A DNA stretch of 64,000 nt, taken from an uncultured Gammaproteobacteria bacterium (GTDB taxonomy: Bacteria; Patescibacteriota; Patescibacteriia; Magasanikbacterales; GWA2-37-8). The position numbers and the translations under genes were made by a program. Numbering within the stretch: the first letter of the stretch is position 1; each line of letters begins with the position of its first letter. Below are positions 18,801-30,169 of this stretch, piece after piece. Location: positions 1,015,723-1,079,722 of the forward strand of contig CAZQUL010000001.1 of the NCBI GenBank assembly GCA_964596525.1. Direction: 5' to 3'. The notes beneath the pieces were generated by a model. That model saw nothing but the letters and a program-made list of their open reading frames with translations, was not told the DNA's origin and did no database searches.

Positions 18801-19500
18801 CTACCTCTCTAAAAAGGGCGGGGTGCATCATGCTTTATTGGCAGCTTTATTGCCGTGTTCACCTTAGCACCCCTTGTTGGAGAGTCGTTGTGTTAACCAT
18901 CCGACAAGAGGGGGAAATGACCGCGCCTTTCTCCTGCTACTGAGAGTGACCTGATTATTTCCCGAAGAGAGCGGGATTAATTTGCCGTTTGGGAATGGGT
19001 TTCCCAAGGTCCGGTATGATCCCACAAGGGTGTGGAGTTCATGCTTTTTAGTGTGCTTAAGAACAAAAGCGCTGCCGAACTCCTTTCCGGCCGCTCGCCG
19101 AGCAAATGGCCAGAAAGGAGGAGAAGTCTGCGGTCAAATGCCCAGAGGGCATGATTCCGAATACTTCTCGAAAGGGAAGTAGGACGGGGGTTTTACATCG
19201 GATGTCCTAAAGACATTATCTTAACATAGCTCCCTAAAAGGGTGAGATTAGAGGTAGCTTGTTGGAGTTCCAAATTCGCTGTCTAATCTCTTTAGAGGCG
19301 GGAAGAATTACTGGTTCTTAGTGAAAAACCGGCTGTTTTCTTCCCTTAGAGTGTAGGTGAATAAAAACGCGTGCGCCTGAGGAGGCTACGATACCTCATT
19401 CACCTTACCTCGATTTTCACGTTAAAAACCAAGGTAAAGAGGGGAGGATTACACGTAATTCTCTGAAAAGAATATGATCTTTTCTTCTCCTTAATGCTCG
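15876..19500. repeat. ORF-poor region, right part: about 20 copies of the same structured repeat family (GAGAAGnn ... nnCTTCTC stem, 30-40 nt loop, (T/G)AAAG(R)GTGGGG tail), some with nested inner hairpins
   Basis: Paired stems seen directly: GAGAAGCAT 16154-16162 / ATGCTTCTC 16195-16203 with inner ATCTTC-GAAA-GAAGAT; GAGAAGCG 16369-16376 / TGCTTCTC 16424-16431 (G-T wobble); GAGAAGTA 16642-16649 / TACTTCTC 16683-16690; GGGGTGTA 16699-16706 / TACACCCC 16741-16748; GGGATCG 16905-16911 / CGATCCC 16950-16956; GAGAAGCG 16991-16998 / TGCTTCTC 17033-17040; GAGAAGT 17567-17573 / ACTTCTC 17612-17618; GAGAAGT 17787-17793 / ACTTCTC 17831-17837. Tail-only copies at about 17030, 17670, 17990, 18290, 18460, 18690, 18740, 18810, 18960, 19165, 19230, 19335. 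Confidence 0.6.
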
Positions 19501-19593
19501 ACCTTACGGTAAATCGGATAAACTGTCAAATCGCTACTGTAAAATATGCGGAATTATAGTACACTAGACTCACTAAAAGTTGATTTCAACCGT

Positions 19594-20364
19594 ATGAACG
19601 GAACTCTCTTTATTGTCGCTACCCCTATTGGCAACCTACAAGACATTACGCTCCGCGCTCTTGAAACGCTTAAAACCGTGGACGTTATCCTTTGTGAAGA
19701 TACGCGCGTTACCGCCAAACTTCTCGGTCATTTTAGTATTCAAAAGCCGCTTGTGAGCTATCATCACCACAGCGATGCTCGCAAGATTAATGAAATTAAA
19801 CAGCTCCTCGCGGACGGTAAAAACATTGCGCTCGTGACCGATGCTGGAACGCCGGGCATCAGTGATCCGGGGAATGAATTAATCAGTGTCATTGCGAAAA
19901 GCGACACAAGAGCGACGAAGCAATCCCCAGAATTCACCGTAGGCTCTACGGACAAAGTTGGTTCTGATACCAAGGGGATTGCTTCGCCTCGTACCTCGGC
20001 TCGCAATAACAGTGTGATAACACCCATCCCCGGCCCCTCCGCTGCCATTGCCGCACTCTCAGTTTCCGGTTTTTCGACGGACAAATTTATCTTCCTCGGT
20101 TTTCCACCGCACAAAAATAAACGCAAACAGTTTTTTGAGAATGTTGCGAATTCGGATTATACGACGGTATACTTCGAATCCGGGCATCGGATCATCAAAT
20201 GCTTGGGTGAACTCAAGGCACTTATCCCGGAGCGTCGTATCGTAGTCTGCCGTGAGCTTACCAAATTGCACGAGACGATCTATCGCGGCTTGGTCGAAGA
20301 CGTAGTGGAAGAAATGAAAGAAGAGCGGGGAGAGTTTGTGGTCGTAGTTGAGGGAAAAAGGTAA
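19594..20364 (+). CDS. rsmI: 16S rRNA (cytidine1402-2'-O)-methyltransferase RsmI, carrying an in-frame inserted peptide segment of about 39 aa
   Basis: Start moved to MNGTLFIVATPIGNLQDITLRALETL (tetrapyrrole-methylase-fold RsmI N-terminus); ALVTDAGTPGISDPG; C-terminal VCRELTKLHE; insertion VIAKSDTRATKQSPEFTVGSTDKVGSDTKGIASPRTSARNNSV encoded by 19888-20005. Confidence 0.8.
   Translation: MNGTLFIVATPIGNLQDITLRALETLKTVDVILCEDTRVTAKLLGHFSIQKPLVSYHHHSDARKINEIKQLLADGKNIALVTDAGTPGISDPGNELISVIAKSDTRATKQSPEFTVGSTDKVGSDTKGIASPRTSARNNSVITPIPGPSAAIAALSVSGFSTDKFIFLGFPPHKNKRKQFFENVANSDYTTVYFESGHRIIKCLGELKALIPERRIVVCRELTKLHETIYRGLVEDVVEEMKEERGEFVVVVEGKR
19888..20005 (+). repeat. copy 1 of a roughly 118-nt intragenic in-frame repeat element (shared with ligA)
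   Basis: Near-identical ends to 22015-22133: GTCATTGCGAAAAGCGAC ... GACAAAGTTGGTTCTGA ... AAGGGATTGCTTCGCCTCGTACCT(C/T)GGCTCGCA; the centre diverges and carries an indel; the termini are partly self-complementary (GCGAAAAGC / GCTTCGC). Confidence 0.7.
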
Positions 20365-20401
20365 TTTGGCTATACTACGGAGCGTAGTATTTATTATTTG
20401 T

Positions 20402-20620
20402 ATGCGTACCTTCGATTTTACCTCAATCGTGTGGAAAGAAGGCACCTATTACGTTTCACAGTGCTTGAACGTGGAAGTTTCAAGTTTCGGTAAAACCAAG
20501 AAAGAAGCGCTCAAGAATTTGAACGAAGCACTTGCGTTGTATTTTGAAGATGCGCCGCGTAAGCGCATGCAAAAGACCGAACGTCCCGAAGTGATTGCTT
20601 TGAAACGGCCGTATGCCTAA
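20402..20620 (+). CDS. HicB-like / UPF0150-family small protein (possible orphan antitoxin)
   Basis: 72-aa product MRTFDFTSIVWKEGTYYVSQCLNVEVSSFGKTKKEALKNLNEALALYFED matches the HicB/UPF0150 pattern (...y.a.cpel.g..sqG.T.eEAl.nl.EAl.lyle); no HicA partner seen. Confidence 0.4.
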   Translation: MRTFDFTSIVWKEGTYYVSQCLNVEVSSFGKTKKEALKNLNEALALYFEDAPRKRMQKTERPEVIALKRPYA

Positions 20621-20835
20621 ACCTATTCCACTTAAACGGCACCAGCCTGGCTGAAAATCCACGGCTTTGTTTTTCTAAGCCAGAAAGGCAGTTATACTAA
20701 TATCGGACGATAACGAAACCGATACAGGCGGTTATAGTTCTATTGCATGGAAAAGAAATACCTTTTGGAATCTTCCGATCGATCGTTAAGCAGCCTGGTT
20801 TAGGTGCTGAAGCCGAGGAGCTTCTTTAAAAAGAA

Positions 20836-20860
20836 AAAAGCCCGGGTGGGCTTGGTGGGG
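20836..20860 (-). terminator. rho-independent terminator (minus strand) downstream of the 20868-21257 gene
   Basis: On the minus strand: GCCCACCCGGGC hairpin followed by TTTTTTCTTTTT. Confidence 0.5.
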
Positions 20861-20867
20861 AATGTGT

Positions 20868-23479
<2,612 letters not shown>

Positions 23480-23486
23480 AACAAAA

Positions 23487-23503
23487 GCTCGCCTGAGGCG
23501 AGC
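23487..23503. terminator. hairpin GCTCGCC-TGA-GGCGAGC between convergent ligA and CYTH genes (terminator; T-run on the minus side)
   Basis: Perfect 7-bp stem; minus strand reads hairpin then TTTTGTTTTA; the plus side has an A-run before it. Confidence 0.45.
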
Positions 23504-23530
23504 CTGGGTGGCTTTCGCAGCTTGTTTTGT

Positions 23531-24118
23531 TTATCTGCTTTGGTTTTTGACCATCTCTAAATGCCGCAAAACTGCCTGAAGAGGCGGTCCCTCAATCGTG
23601 CCGTCGGTTAGCTTTTGCGCGATTTCTGACAGGGTGGCATTACCGATATAGCCAGTTATTTCCACAACTTTTCCGAGCCATGAAGGAATGGTCAGATTTT
23701 CTGGCGGATGTTCGATCTCGGCGATGATGATCCCGGCCAGAATTTCCCTGAAGAAGTCTACACTCCAGGCTTCGTAGTGAAATCGATCTTTATGTAGCAC
23801 GATCTGCGTTGTGTGAGCGAGTAGAAGTTCGGCCGCGTCGACCGAAATTTCTTGATTATGTTCTTTTTGGTCGGATCCTTTGCCGGTTTTCACCGTGCAT
23901 TCCGCCACTACATTGTCGACAACTCGCACCCTGGACCTTCCGTTTTTACCGGGCGGACGAATAAAATATCCTTGCTTGATGTACTGGCTCGGAACTTGCC
24001 GAATACTCGGGTCATATCCACTAAGAAGAAGGAATTGCCGCTCCGGTTCGGCGTGTATGCCTGCGGTAACGCGATACGTTGTTCCGGTGCGGGGTGTGTT
24101 GGTTGAGCTTGTACTCAT
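23531..24118 (-). CDS. CYTH-domain protein (CyaB/thiamine-triphosphatase-like triphosphate tunnel metalloenzyme)
   Basis: EPERQFLL (EiErKfL motif), QGYFIRP, VRVRVVDN ... ECTVKTGKG, EHNQEISVDAAELLL; start moved to the ATG at 24118 with GGGAGA RBS. Confidence 0.5.
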   Translation of the reverse strand: MSTSSTNTPRTGTTYRVTAGIHAEPERQFLLLSGYDPSIRQVPSQYIKQGYFIRPPGKNGRSRVRVVDNVVAECTVKTGKGSDQKEHNQEISVDAAELLLAHTTQIVLHKDRFHYEAWSVDFFREILAGIIIAEIEHPPENLTIPSWLGKVVEITGYIGNATLSEIAQKLTDGTIEGPPLQAVLRHLEMVKNQSR

Positions 24119-24268
24119 ACGAGGTGTCTCCCTTTTTTCATACGATTCGTACCGTATCACGCGAATGACCGGCTTGCAACCTTAAAAATTATCCTCTTTT
24201 TTTCTTGCTGCCGAAAATAAAACATGATAAGAGGTAGTGTCCGCGGTTAAGCAGCGACATACGCGGGC

Positions 24269-24952
24269 ATGCTCACGACGTTCTGGGGGATAATGATGCA
24301 CTTCTACGTTACGTCTCAAGATCGACCTTTTAAAATCGTTTTTCCGGCTGCGAAAAGCGATCGTTTATTCGCCCGCCGTTTCGCAGCTGAATCGTTGCCT
24401 GGTCCCGATGGGCGCAAGCGTAACATACCGATGTCCGGTAATTCCAAGTTTTGGAAGCACCCTACTCACATCATAAACGACCCTGAAATGGGTCCGGTCG
24501 TGGTGGAGGCCTTCAACCGGGAAATCAACGACATTCTTGCTAAGGAAGCTGGCTTGGGAGAGTTTATCTACGATAACCTCATCGAGGTCAAACACCCCAG
24601 GCGAGCGGTTGGCTGGACAACCAGCATTCGGTGCGGTGATTTGCCCTTATGGGTAGGGCTTACTCCCGGCCGCATCGATGAATATACCCATGTCTTCAAC
24701 GTCCGCCCGGATAGCCCCTTTCGCGCCCCGCTTACTCCCTACATCACCTTCCGCGCCTCGTTCATATATCCCGAAGGGGATAAGGATGATTGTTGGGTGG
24801 TGATGGTTCACGATTTTTATTTCGGGAGAAAGTTTCACACCGGTGAAAAGGACCGCCCGATACGACCTAAATTCAGTGATGGAAAAAACGGGTACGCTCT
24901 AAGCGAGGATCAATTGGTCCTCTTTTTTCCCGGTCACCCTGGCATGATTTAA
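24269..24952 (+). CDS. hypothetical protein
   Basis: 227-aa ORF followed by a clear terminator. Confidence 0.4.
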   Translation: MLTTFWGIMMHFYVTSQDRPFKIVFPAAKSDRLFARRFAAESLPGPDGRKRNIPMSGNSKFWKHPTHIINDPEMGPVVVEAFNREINDILAKEAGLGEFIYDNLIEVKHPRRAVGWTTSIRCGDLPLWVGLTPGRIDEYTHVFNVRPDSPFRAPLTPYITFRASFIYPEGDKDDCWVVMVHDFYFGRKFHTGEKDRPIRPKFSDGKNGYALSEDQLVLFFPGHPGMI

Positions 24953-24960
24953 ATTCTAAA

Positions 24961-24984
24961 AGCGCCTGCGTGAGGCGCTTTTTA
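24961..24984 (+). terminator. rho-independent terminator (AGCGCCT-GCGTG-AGGCGCT + TTTTT)
   Basis: Perfect 7-bp GC-rich stem plus T-run right after the 24952 stop; a second hairpin GTCAGAACTG/CAGTTCTGAC at 24994-25017 serves the minus strand. Confidence 0.6.
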
Positions 24985-25060
24985 AATTAAAAAGTCAGAA
25001 CTGTGGTCAGTTCTGACATGTGTTTGTGCTTATCAGCTTGCTCGGTGCGATAGACGGGTC

Positions 25061-25318
25061 TTACAGCTTGTTCGAAGGGCTCGGGGTGGCGTTCGTTTGC
25101 ACTGCGGCCTGAGCGGAACTGCCGCACAACGAGCCGCTGCTTTCGCTGACAGGCGGCGGACTTTCCTTGGTGTCGTCGCTCGCGTGCACACGGTGCACGC
25201 AGAGGAATATGGGCAAGGCGACAATGAACATCAGGGCGATGCTGCCCCGGTTAAAAAAAGGCCGTGGGCGGCGCTGAAAAGAAGTCTGCTTCGGACGGTT
25301 CGACGAGCTCTTAAGCAT
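25061..25318 (-). CDS. small hypothetical membrane protein
   Basis: 85-aa ORF with hydrophobic segment SIALMFIVALPIFLCV; minus-strand terminator hairpin downstream; weak. Confidence 0.25.
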   Translation of the reverse strand: MLKSSSNRPKQTSFQRRPRPFFNRGSIALMFIVALPIFLCVHRVHASDDTKESPPPVSESSGSLCGSSAQAAVQTNATPSPSNKL

Positions 25319-25466
25319 AAGGACCTCCTTCTTGTTCCACGAAGGAACAAAGGTACTATACCACAGTATTTTTGACGGCTGTGAATAACAAGTTAATCAA
25401 CGAGGTGCGCTTCTCCTCGCTTTAAAAAACGGGTATACTACTTTCGCTTCAGACTTTCCTTGTTGT

Positions 25467-28406
25467 ATGTCTGACATGAAACTTACCGCGGAGCAAGAAC
25501 AAGCGGTGCGCCACGCAGGTGGGCCGCTTCTTATCGTTGCTGGCGCAGGAACCGGCAAAACAACGGTTATTACCGAGCGTATTGCCCAGCTTATCCAGTC
25601 CGGACGCGCCCGCGCCGCACAAATTATCGCCCTCACTTTCACCGAAAAGGCCGCTCTCGAAATGCAGCTGCGCGTCGAGCGTCTTTTGGATACAAGCTAT
25701 CTCGATCTGTCGATTTCGACCTTCCATTCTTTTGCCGAACGATTTTTGCAAGAATATGGACTCGAAGGTGGTCTGCCGAACCGTTTCAAAGTACTATCGC
25801 CGGGTCAAGCGTGGCTTTTGGTGCATCAGCATCTCGATTCGTTTTCGCTCAATTACTTCAAGCCGGTGGGCAATCCGACGCGCCATATCCACGAATTTCT
25901 CACGTACTTCAGCCGCCTTAAAGACAATCTCATTGCCCCGCAAGCATACCTTGAGATGGTTGAGGCGAAATATCTAGATCGCGACGGAGCGAAGAGTGAA
26001 GACTATGAACGCCATCACGAGCTTGCCACCGTGTACCACGAATATCAGCAACTTTTGCGCCGTGAAGGCATGGTCGATTTTGGCGACCTCATTATGCTCG
26101 CTGTCGATCTTTTGGCTAAGCGCCCGTATGTACGTAAAAAGATCTTAGCTCGTTTTCCGTTCGTTTTGGTTGACGAATTCCAGGATGTCAATAAAGCCCA
26201 GTACGAGCTCACCAAACTCCTCACCACGCCTACTTCCGAATTGACGGTCGTCGGTGATGACGACCAGGGCATTTACGGCTTCCGTGGTGCATCGGTAGAA
26301 CATATTCTGCGTTTTAAAGACGATTTCCCGAGCGCTACGCCCCTCCTGCTTACTCACAACTACCGTTCTGACCAAAAAATTCTTGATGCGGCGTACCGGC
26401 TCATTCAGCATAATAACCCTGAACGCCTTGAGGTTAAATTAGGTTTGGACAAGCATTTGGTGGCACACCGGCAGTTCGACGACGGGGGAGTGTCTATCCA
26501 CACATTTGACCGGGCCGATGAAGAAGTTGCTTTTGCCATCGAGACTATTAAAACCCTTAAGGAAAAGCAGACCGACGTCGGTTGGAAAGATTTTGCCATC
26601 CTGGCACGTGCCATGAACCACGTTGAGCCGTTCATCAAAGCGTTGGAACGCCAGGGTATTCCTGTTGAGACGCGCCTTAACACTTCGTGGCACCAAACTG
26701 CAGTTGTCGTAAACAGCCTTAATTTTTTGCGTCTCGTCGCCGACCATCATCATAATCAAGCATTGTTCCGTTTGATCCATCTGCCGTTCGCGGAACTTTC
26801 AAGCGAAGATCGGCGCGAATTTTTGTTTTTTGCCAAGAAAAAAGCGCTTAATTATTTTGATGCTCTGGAGCGCCATCGTGAAATAGCTCTATCGCAAGAA
26901 GGTGCGGCTTGGCTCGACAAACTCAGAAGCTGGATTGTCCGCGGTATGAATGAGGCGGGCACCGAACCGCCGCTCACCGTGCTATACCGGTTTCTCGAAA
27001 GCGCGGGCTATTTGCATTTTCTCTCGCGGCCCCAAAATCCCAATCCAAGCGAGCTTGCTGCACTTACCAATTTGCTCGAGCTCATTAAAGGATTTGAAGA
27101 ACGCGAGCGCGGTCGCGTAACGGTAGGGCAGTTTTTGACCTATTACGAACTCTTTGAGCGTGCCAACGAAGATATAGAGGCGCCGGCTGCGAGCGGCGAA
27201 ACGGATGCGGTTCAGGTGCTTACGGTCCACGCTTCCAAAGGTTTGGAGTTCCGCTACGTTTTCGTTGTCAATGCTGTTGAGGAACGTTTCCCAACACGGC
27301 GTCGGAGTGAAGGGCTCGCCCTGCCGGAAGAAGACAGTGCAACCGAAGCTGATCCGAACACGGGGCATTACGCCGAAGAACGGCGTTTGATGTACGTTGC
27401 GCTTACCCGCGGCAAAGAGCGTGTGTTCGTTACGATGGCTCGCGACTATGGCGGTGCGCGTGAAAAAAAACCGAGTCGATTCATCGCCGAGATTGGTTTA
27501 GAACCGGAAACAGCAGTGGCCACCCTTGTCCCTGACAAGTTTTTTGCTCCACCATCTCAAACTGCCGCGCCCTCTGCGCCAGCCAAGAGCTTCGAATTGC
27601 CCCGTGCGTTTTCTTTTTCACAGCTCAAATCGTACGAAACGTGTCCGTATCAATACTACCTCATGCATGTCCTCAAGATTCCGTCCAAAGGAAGTCCGTA
27701 CTTTAGTTTCGGCCAGACGCTCCACAGTACGCTGCAAAAATTCTATGAACGTATGCAGGAGTTGAATGCGGTGAAGCAAGCTTCGTTATTCGACACGGGC
27801 GGGAGTGCGACAGTAGCGAGTTCAGCCGGGCTTAAAGTGCCTTCGCGTGATGAGCTTTTCGCCCTCTATACTGCCAGTTGGATCGAAGACTGGTATGATA
27901 CTCCTAAGCAGAAAGAACAGTATTTTGCTGATGGAAAGAAAATCCTCGCCGATTTCTATGAGCGCAACGCAGCCGCTGGCTGGCGTATTCCAGCGCGCTT
28001 GGAAGGCTGGTTCAAGATTAGTGTAGAATCATACCTCGTGCATGGCCGTATCGACCGTATCGATGTTTTGCCTGATAAAACGCTTGAAATAATCGATTAC
28101 AAAACCGGCAACCCCAAAGACAAGCTCTCGGCCGAAGATAAAGAGCAGCTCCTGCTGTACCAGTTAGCTGTGCAAACACTCCCAGAATACACGTTTTTAG
28201 GAACCCCAAAAATGCTTACCTATTATTATCTCAATAATAATAGCACAGTGTCGTTTTTGGGTACTGGCGAAGAAATAACCAAACTCAAAGATCGTATCGT
28301 CGCCTGCATCAAGCGCATCGAAACCGGCGATTTCACTGCCACGCCGAGTCCCTTTGTGTGCGACCATTGCGATTTTCGCTCGATTTGTGATTTTAGAGCC
28401 CGCTAA
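25467..28406 (+). CDS. ATP-dependent DNA helicase (UvrD/PcrA/AddA superfamily 1) fused to a C-terminal RecB/Cas4-like PD-(D/E)XK nuclease with a 4Cys iron-sulfur motif
   Basis: Walker A AGAGTGKTT, UvrD motifs (LTFTEKAA, VDEFQD, TVHASKGLEF, YVALTRGKERV); C-terminal nuclease (IDYKTG; Cys ladder CPYQYY ... CDHCDFRSIC). Confidence 0.8.
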   Translation: MSDMKLTAEQEQAVRHAGGPLLIVAGAGTGKTTVITERIAQLIQSGRARAAQIIALTFTEKAALEMQLRVERLLDTSYLDLSISTFHSFAERFLQEYGLEGGLPNRFKVLSPGQAWLLVHQHLDSFSLNYFKPVGNPTRHIHEFLTYFSRLKDNLIAPQAYLEMVEAKYLDRDGAKSEDYERHHELATVYHEYQQLLRREGMVDFGDLIMLAVDLLAKRPYVRKKILARFPFVLVDEFQDVNKAQYELTKLLTTPTSELTVVGDDDQGIYGFRGASVEHILRFKDDFPSATPLLLTHNYRSDQKILDAAYRLIQHNNPERLEVKLGLDKHLVAHRQFDDGGVSIHTFDRADEEVAFAIETIKTLKEKQTDVGWKDFAILARAMNHVEPFIKALERQGIPVETRLNTSWHQTAVVVNSLNFLRLVADHHHNQALFRLIHLPFAELSSEDRREFLFFAKKKALNYFDALERHREIALSQEGAAWLDKLRSWIVRGMNEAGTEPPLTVLYRFLESAGYLHFLSRPQNPNPSELAALTNLLELIKGFEERERGRVTVGQFLTYYELFERANEDIEAPAASGETDAVQVLTVHASKGLEFRYVFVVNAVEERFPTRRRSEGLALPEEDSATEADPNTGHYAEERRLMYVALTRGKERVFVTMARDYGGAREKKPSRFIAEIGLEPETAVATLVPDKFFAPPSQTAAPSAPAKSFELPRAFSFSQLKSYETCPYQYYLMHVLKIPSKGSPYFSFGQTLHSTLQKFYERMQELNAVKQASLFDTGGSATVASSAGLKVPSRDELFALYTASWIEDWYDTPKQKEQYFADGKKILADFYERNAAAGWRIPARLEGWFKISVESYLVHGRIDRIDVLPDKTLEIIDYKTGNPKDKLSAEDKEQLLLYQLAVQTLPEYTFLGTPKMLTYYYLNNNSTVSFLGTGEEITKLKDRIVACIKRIETGDFTATPSPFVCDHCDFRSICDFRAR

Positions 28407-28411
28407 CTACT

Positions 28412-28717
28412 ATGTTCCAACCTTTGCAATCGCTTTTGCATGAACGGGCGGCCGCTTCGCCTGTTTTGGCGCAGGTTGCCGACGTAATGGTAGCCGAAAA
28501 CGCCCATCATGCCCTCATTGAGTTTTTTGGCGAAGTAATGGCGGCGTATTCCGAAGTCGTCGGTTTTAGGAATGGGGTGCTTATGATTGCGGTCAGTTCG
28601 CCGGTTGTAGGAAGTGAAATCAAGCTTTCGGAAGCGGATTTTCTCCTGCATCTTAAAAAGAAGCTTGGTCGCGACATGGTGAAACGCATTCGTTACGTTA
28701 TACGCAAAGAATCTTGA
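28412..28717 (+). CDS. DUF721/DciA-like protein
   Basis: About 100-aa protein with DUF721-like pattern (NGVLMIAVSSPVVGSEIKLSEADFLLHLKKKLG ... IRYVIR) directly after the helicase gene. Confidence 0.4.
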   Translation: MFQPLQSLLHERAAASPVLAQVADVMVAENAHHALIEFFGEVMAAYSEVVGFRNGVLMIAVSSPVVGSEIKLSEADFLLHLKKKLGRDMVKRIRYVIRKES

Positions 28718-28726
28718 TTTCGGTGT

Positions 28727-29134
28727 ATGAAGAAGTTCTTTATCCTTATTAGCATCGCTATCCTTATTGCCGGCTCGTCGTTTGCACTGGTGATTTATTT
28801 CCTTAATCCGGACGATATGGGTTTTGTAGCATTCCTATTGCTCTATATAACTCTGTTTACGGCCATTATGGGCATGGGCTTTTTAGCGAGCCTGTTAATC
28901 CGCCATCTGGCTGTGCGCGATGAGCGCATCCTTATGCGACATATGGGACGAGCGCTGCATCAAGGAATCGTAATTGGAATTTTGGCGGTAATTAGCGCAC
29001 TTCTAGTGCAGTTTAGGGTCATGGCGTGGTGGGGTGTATTCCTGGTCATTAGCCTTGGCATGCTGCTTGAAGGTATGATATACAGCAAACGTAGTCTTCA
29101 TCGTCATGAATATGTTCGAAACTCTCTTCGGTAA
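28727..29134 (+). CDS. small polytopic membrane protein, hypothetical
   Basis: Four predicted hydrophobic helices; overlaps the mreB start by 29 nt. Confidence 0.4.
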   Translation: MKKFFILISIAILIAGSSFALVIYFLNPDDMGFVAFLLLYITLFTAIMGMGFLASLLIRHLAVRDERILMRHMGRALHQGIVIGILAVISALLVQFRVMAWWGVFLVISLGMLLEGMIYSKRSLHRHEYVRNSLR

Positions 29135-30161
29135 GTTCCGTAAAGACATCGGTATCGATTTGGGCACGGCGAATACGCTTATTTACGTCAAAGGGCGCGG
29201 TATTGTGATTAACGAACCGAGTATCGTAGCTCTCAATAACCGCACTGAGCAGATTTTGGCTGTGGGCAGCGAAGCAAAACACATGCTTGGTAAAACACCG
29301 CAACACCTCACCACCACCCGTCCGCTCACCAACGGCATCATTTCGGATTTCGAGGTGGCCGAAAAAATGCTCCGGTATTTTCTCGATAAAGTATACGAAG
29401 AAGAAGGGGTCTCGTTTTTTTCACGGCCGAAAGTCATTATCGGTGCGCCGGTTGATATTACCGAAGTAGAGCGCAAAGCTATCGCTGATGCCGTTAAAAG
29501 CGCGGGTGCCCGCGAAGTGTGGATTGTTGAAGAGCCGATGGCTGCAGCCATCGGCGCGCGTTTGCCGGCCACCGAACCGGTCGGTAGTATGATCGTCGAG
29601 ATGGGCGGCGGCACCACCGAAATTGCTGTTATTTCGCTCGGCGGCATTGCTACCAAAAAGTCCATCAAAATTGCCGGTGATGAGCTTAACCGCAATATCA
29701 TCCAGTATGCCCGCGACGTTTTCAAGATTCTTGTCGGCGAGCGCCAGGCTGAGGAAATAAAAATCAAGATCGGTTCGGCGGTAGAACTCTCCGAAACACT
29801 GGAATTCCCCATGCGCGGCCGCGATTTGGTAACCGGTTTGCCGCGCGAAGTAATTATTACCGATCTTGAAGTGCGCGAAGCTATGTCCAAATCGCTCAAA
29901 GTCATTATCGATAACATCAAAGCCATCCTTGAGCTTACGCCGCCTGAACTCGTTGCCGATATTCATGAACGTGGCATAGTGCTTTCGGGTGGAGGGGCGC
30001 TCTTGCGCGGTTTAGACGAGCTCATCTCCAAGGCCGTGGAAATCCCCGTACGCGTTGCCGATGATCCGCTCACGTCCGTTGTGCGCGGTACGGGCATCTT
30101 GCTCGACGAGCCACAACTTCTCGAAGAACTTGCCGTCTGGCCGGCTAAAGCCGGTGGTTAA
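29106..30161 (+). CDS. mreB: rod shape-determining protein MreB
   Basis: Actin-fold motifs GIDLGTANTLIYV, NEPSIVA, VIGAPV, MIVEMGGGTTEIAVISLGG, VLSGGGALLRGLD. Confidence 0.92.
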   Translation: MNMFETLFGKFRKDIGIDLGTANTLIYVKGRGIVINEPSIVALNNRTEQILAVGSEAKHMLGKTPQHLTTTRPLTNGIISDFEVAEKMLRYFLDKVYEEEGVSFFSRPKVIIGAPVDITEVERKAIADAVKSAGAREVWIVEEPMAAAIGARLPATEPVGSMIVEMGGGTTEIAVISLGGIATKKSIKIAGDELNRNIIQYARDVFKILVGERQAEEIKIKIGSAVELSETLEFPMRGRDLVTGLPREVIITDLEVREAMSKSLKVIIDNIKAILELTPPELVADIHERGIVLSGGGALLRGLDELISKAVEIPVRVADDPLTSVVRGTGILLDEPQLLEELAVWPAKAGG

Positions 30162-30169
30162 TCATTGGT

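Noticed and set aside
15876-19500. CRISPR array
   Set aside because: The recurring units are neither identical nor regularly spaced. They are variable palindromes with covarying arms and 30-45-nt loops, not 24-48-nt exact direct repeats separated by unique spacers. No cas genes nearby.
12920-19545. rRNA operon fragment in the ORF-poor region
   Set aside because: No 16S/23S signature stretches (for example AGAGTTTGATC, GTGCCAGCAGCCGCGGTAA) are present.
20126-20402. HicA toxin partner for the HicB-like gene
   Set aside because: No small YcfA/HicA-like ORF (GSH ... motif) was found on either side. Treated as an orphan.
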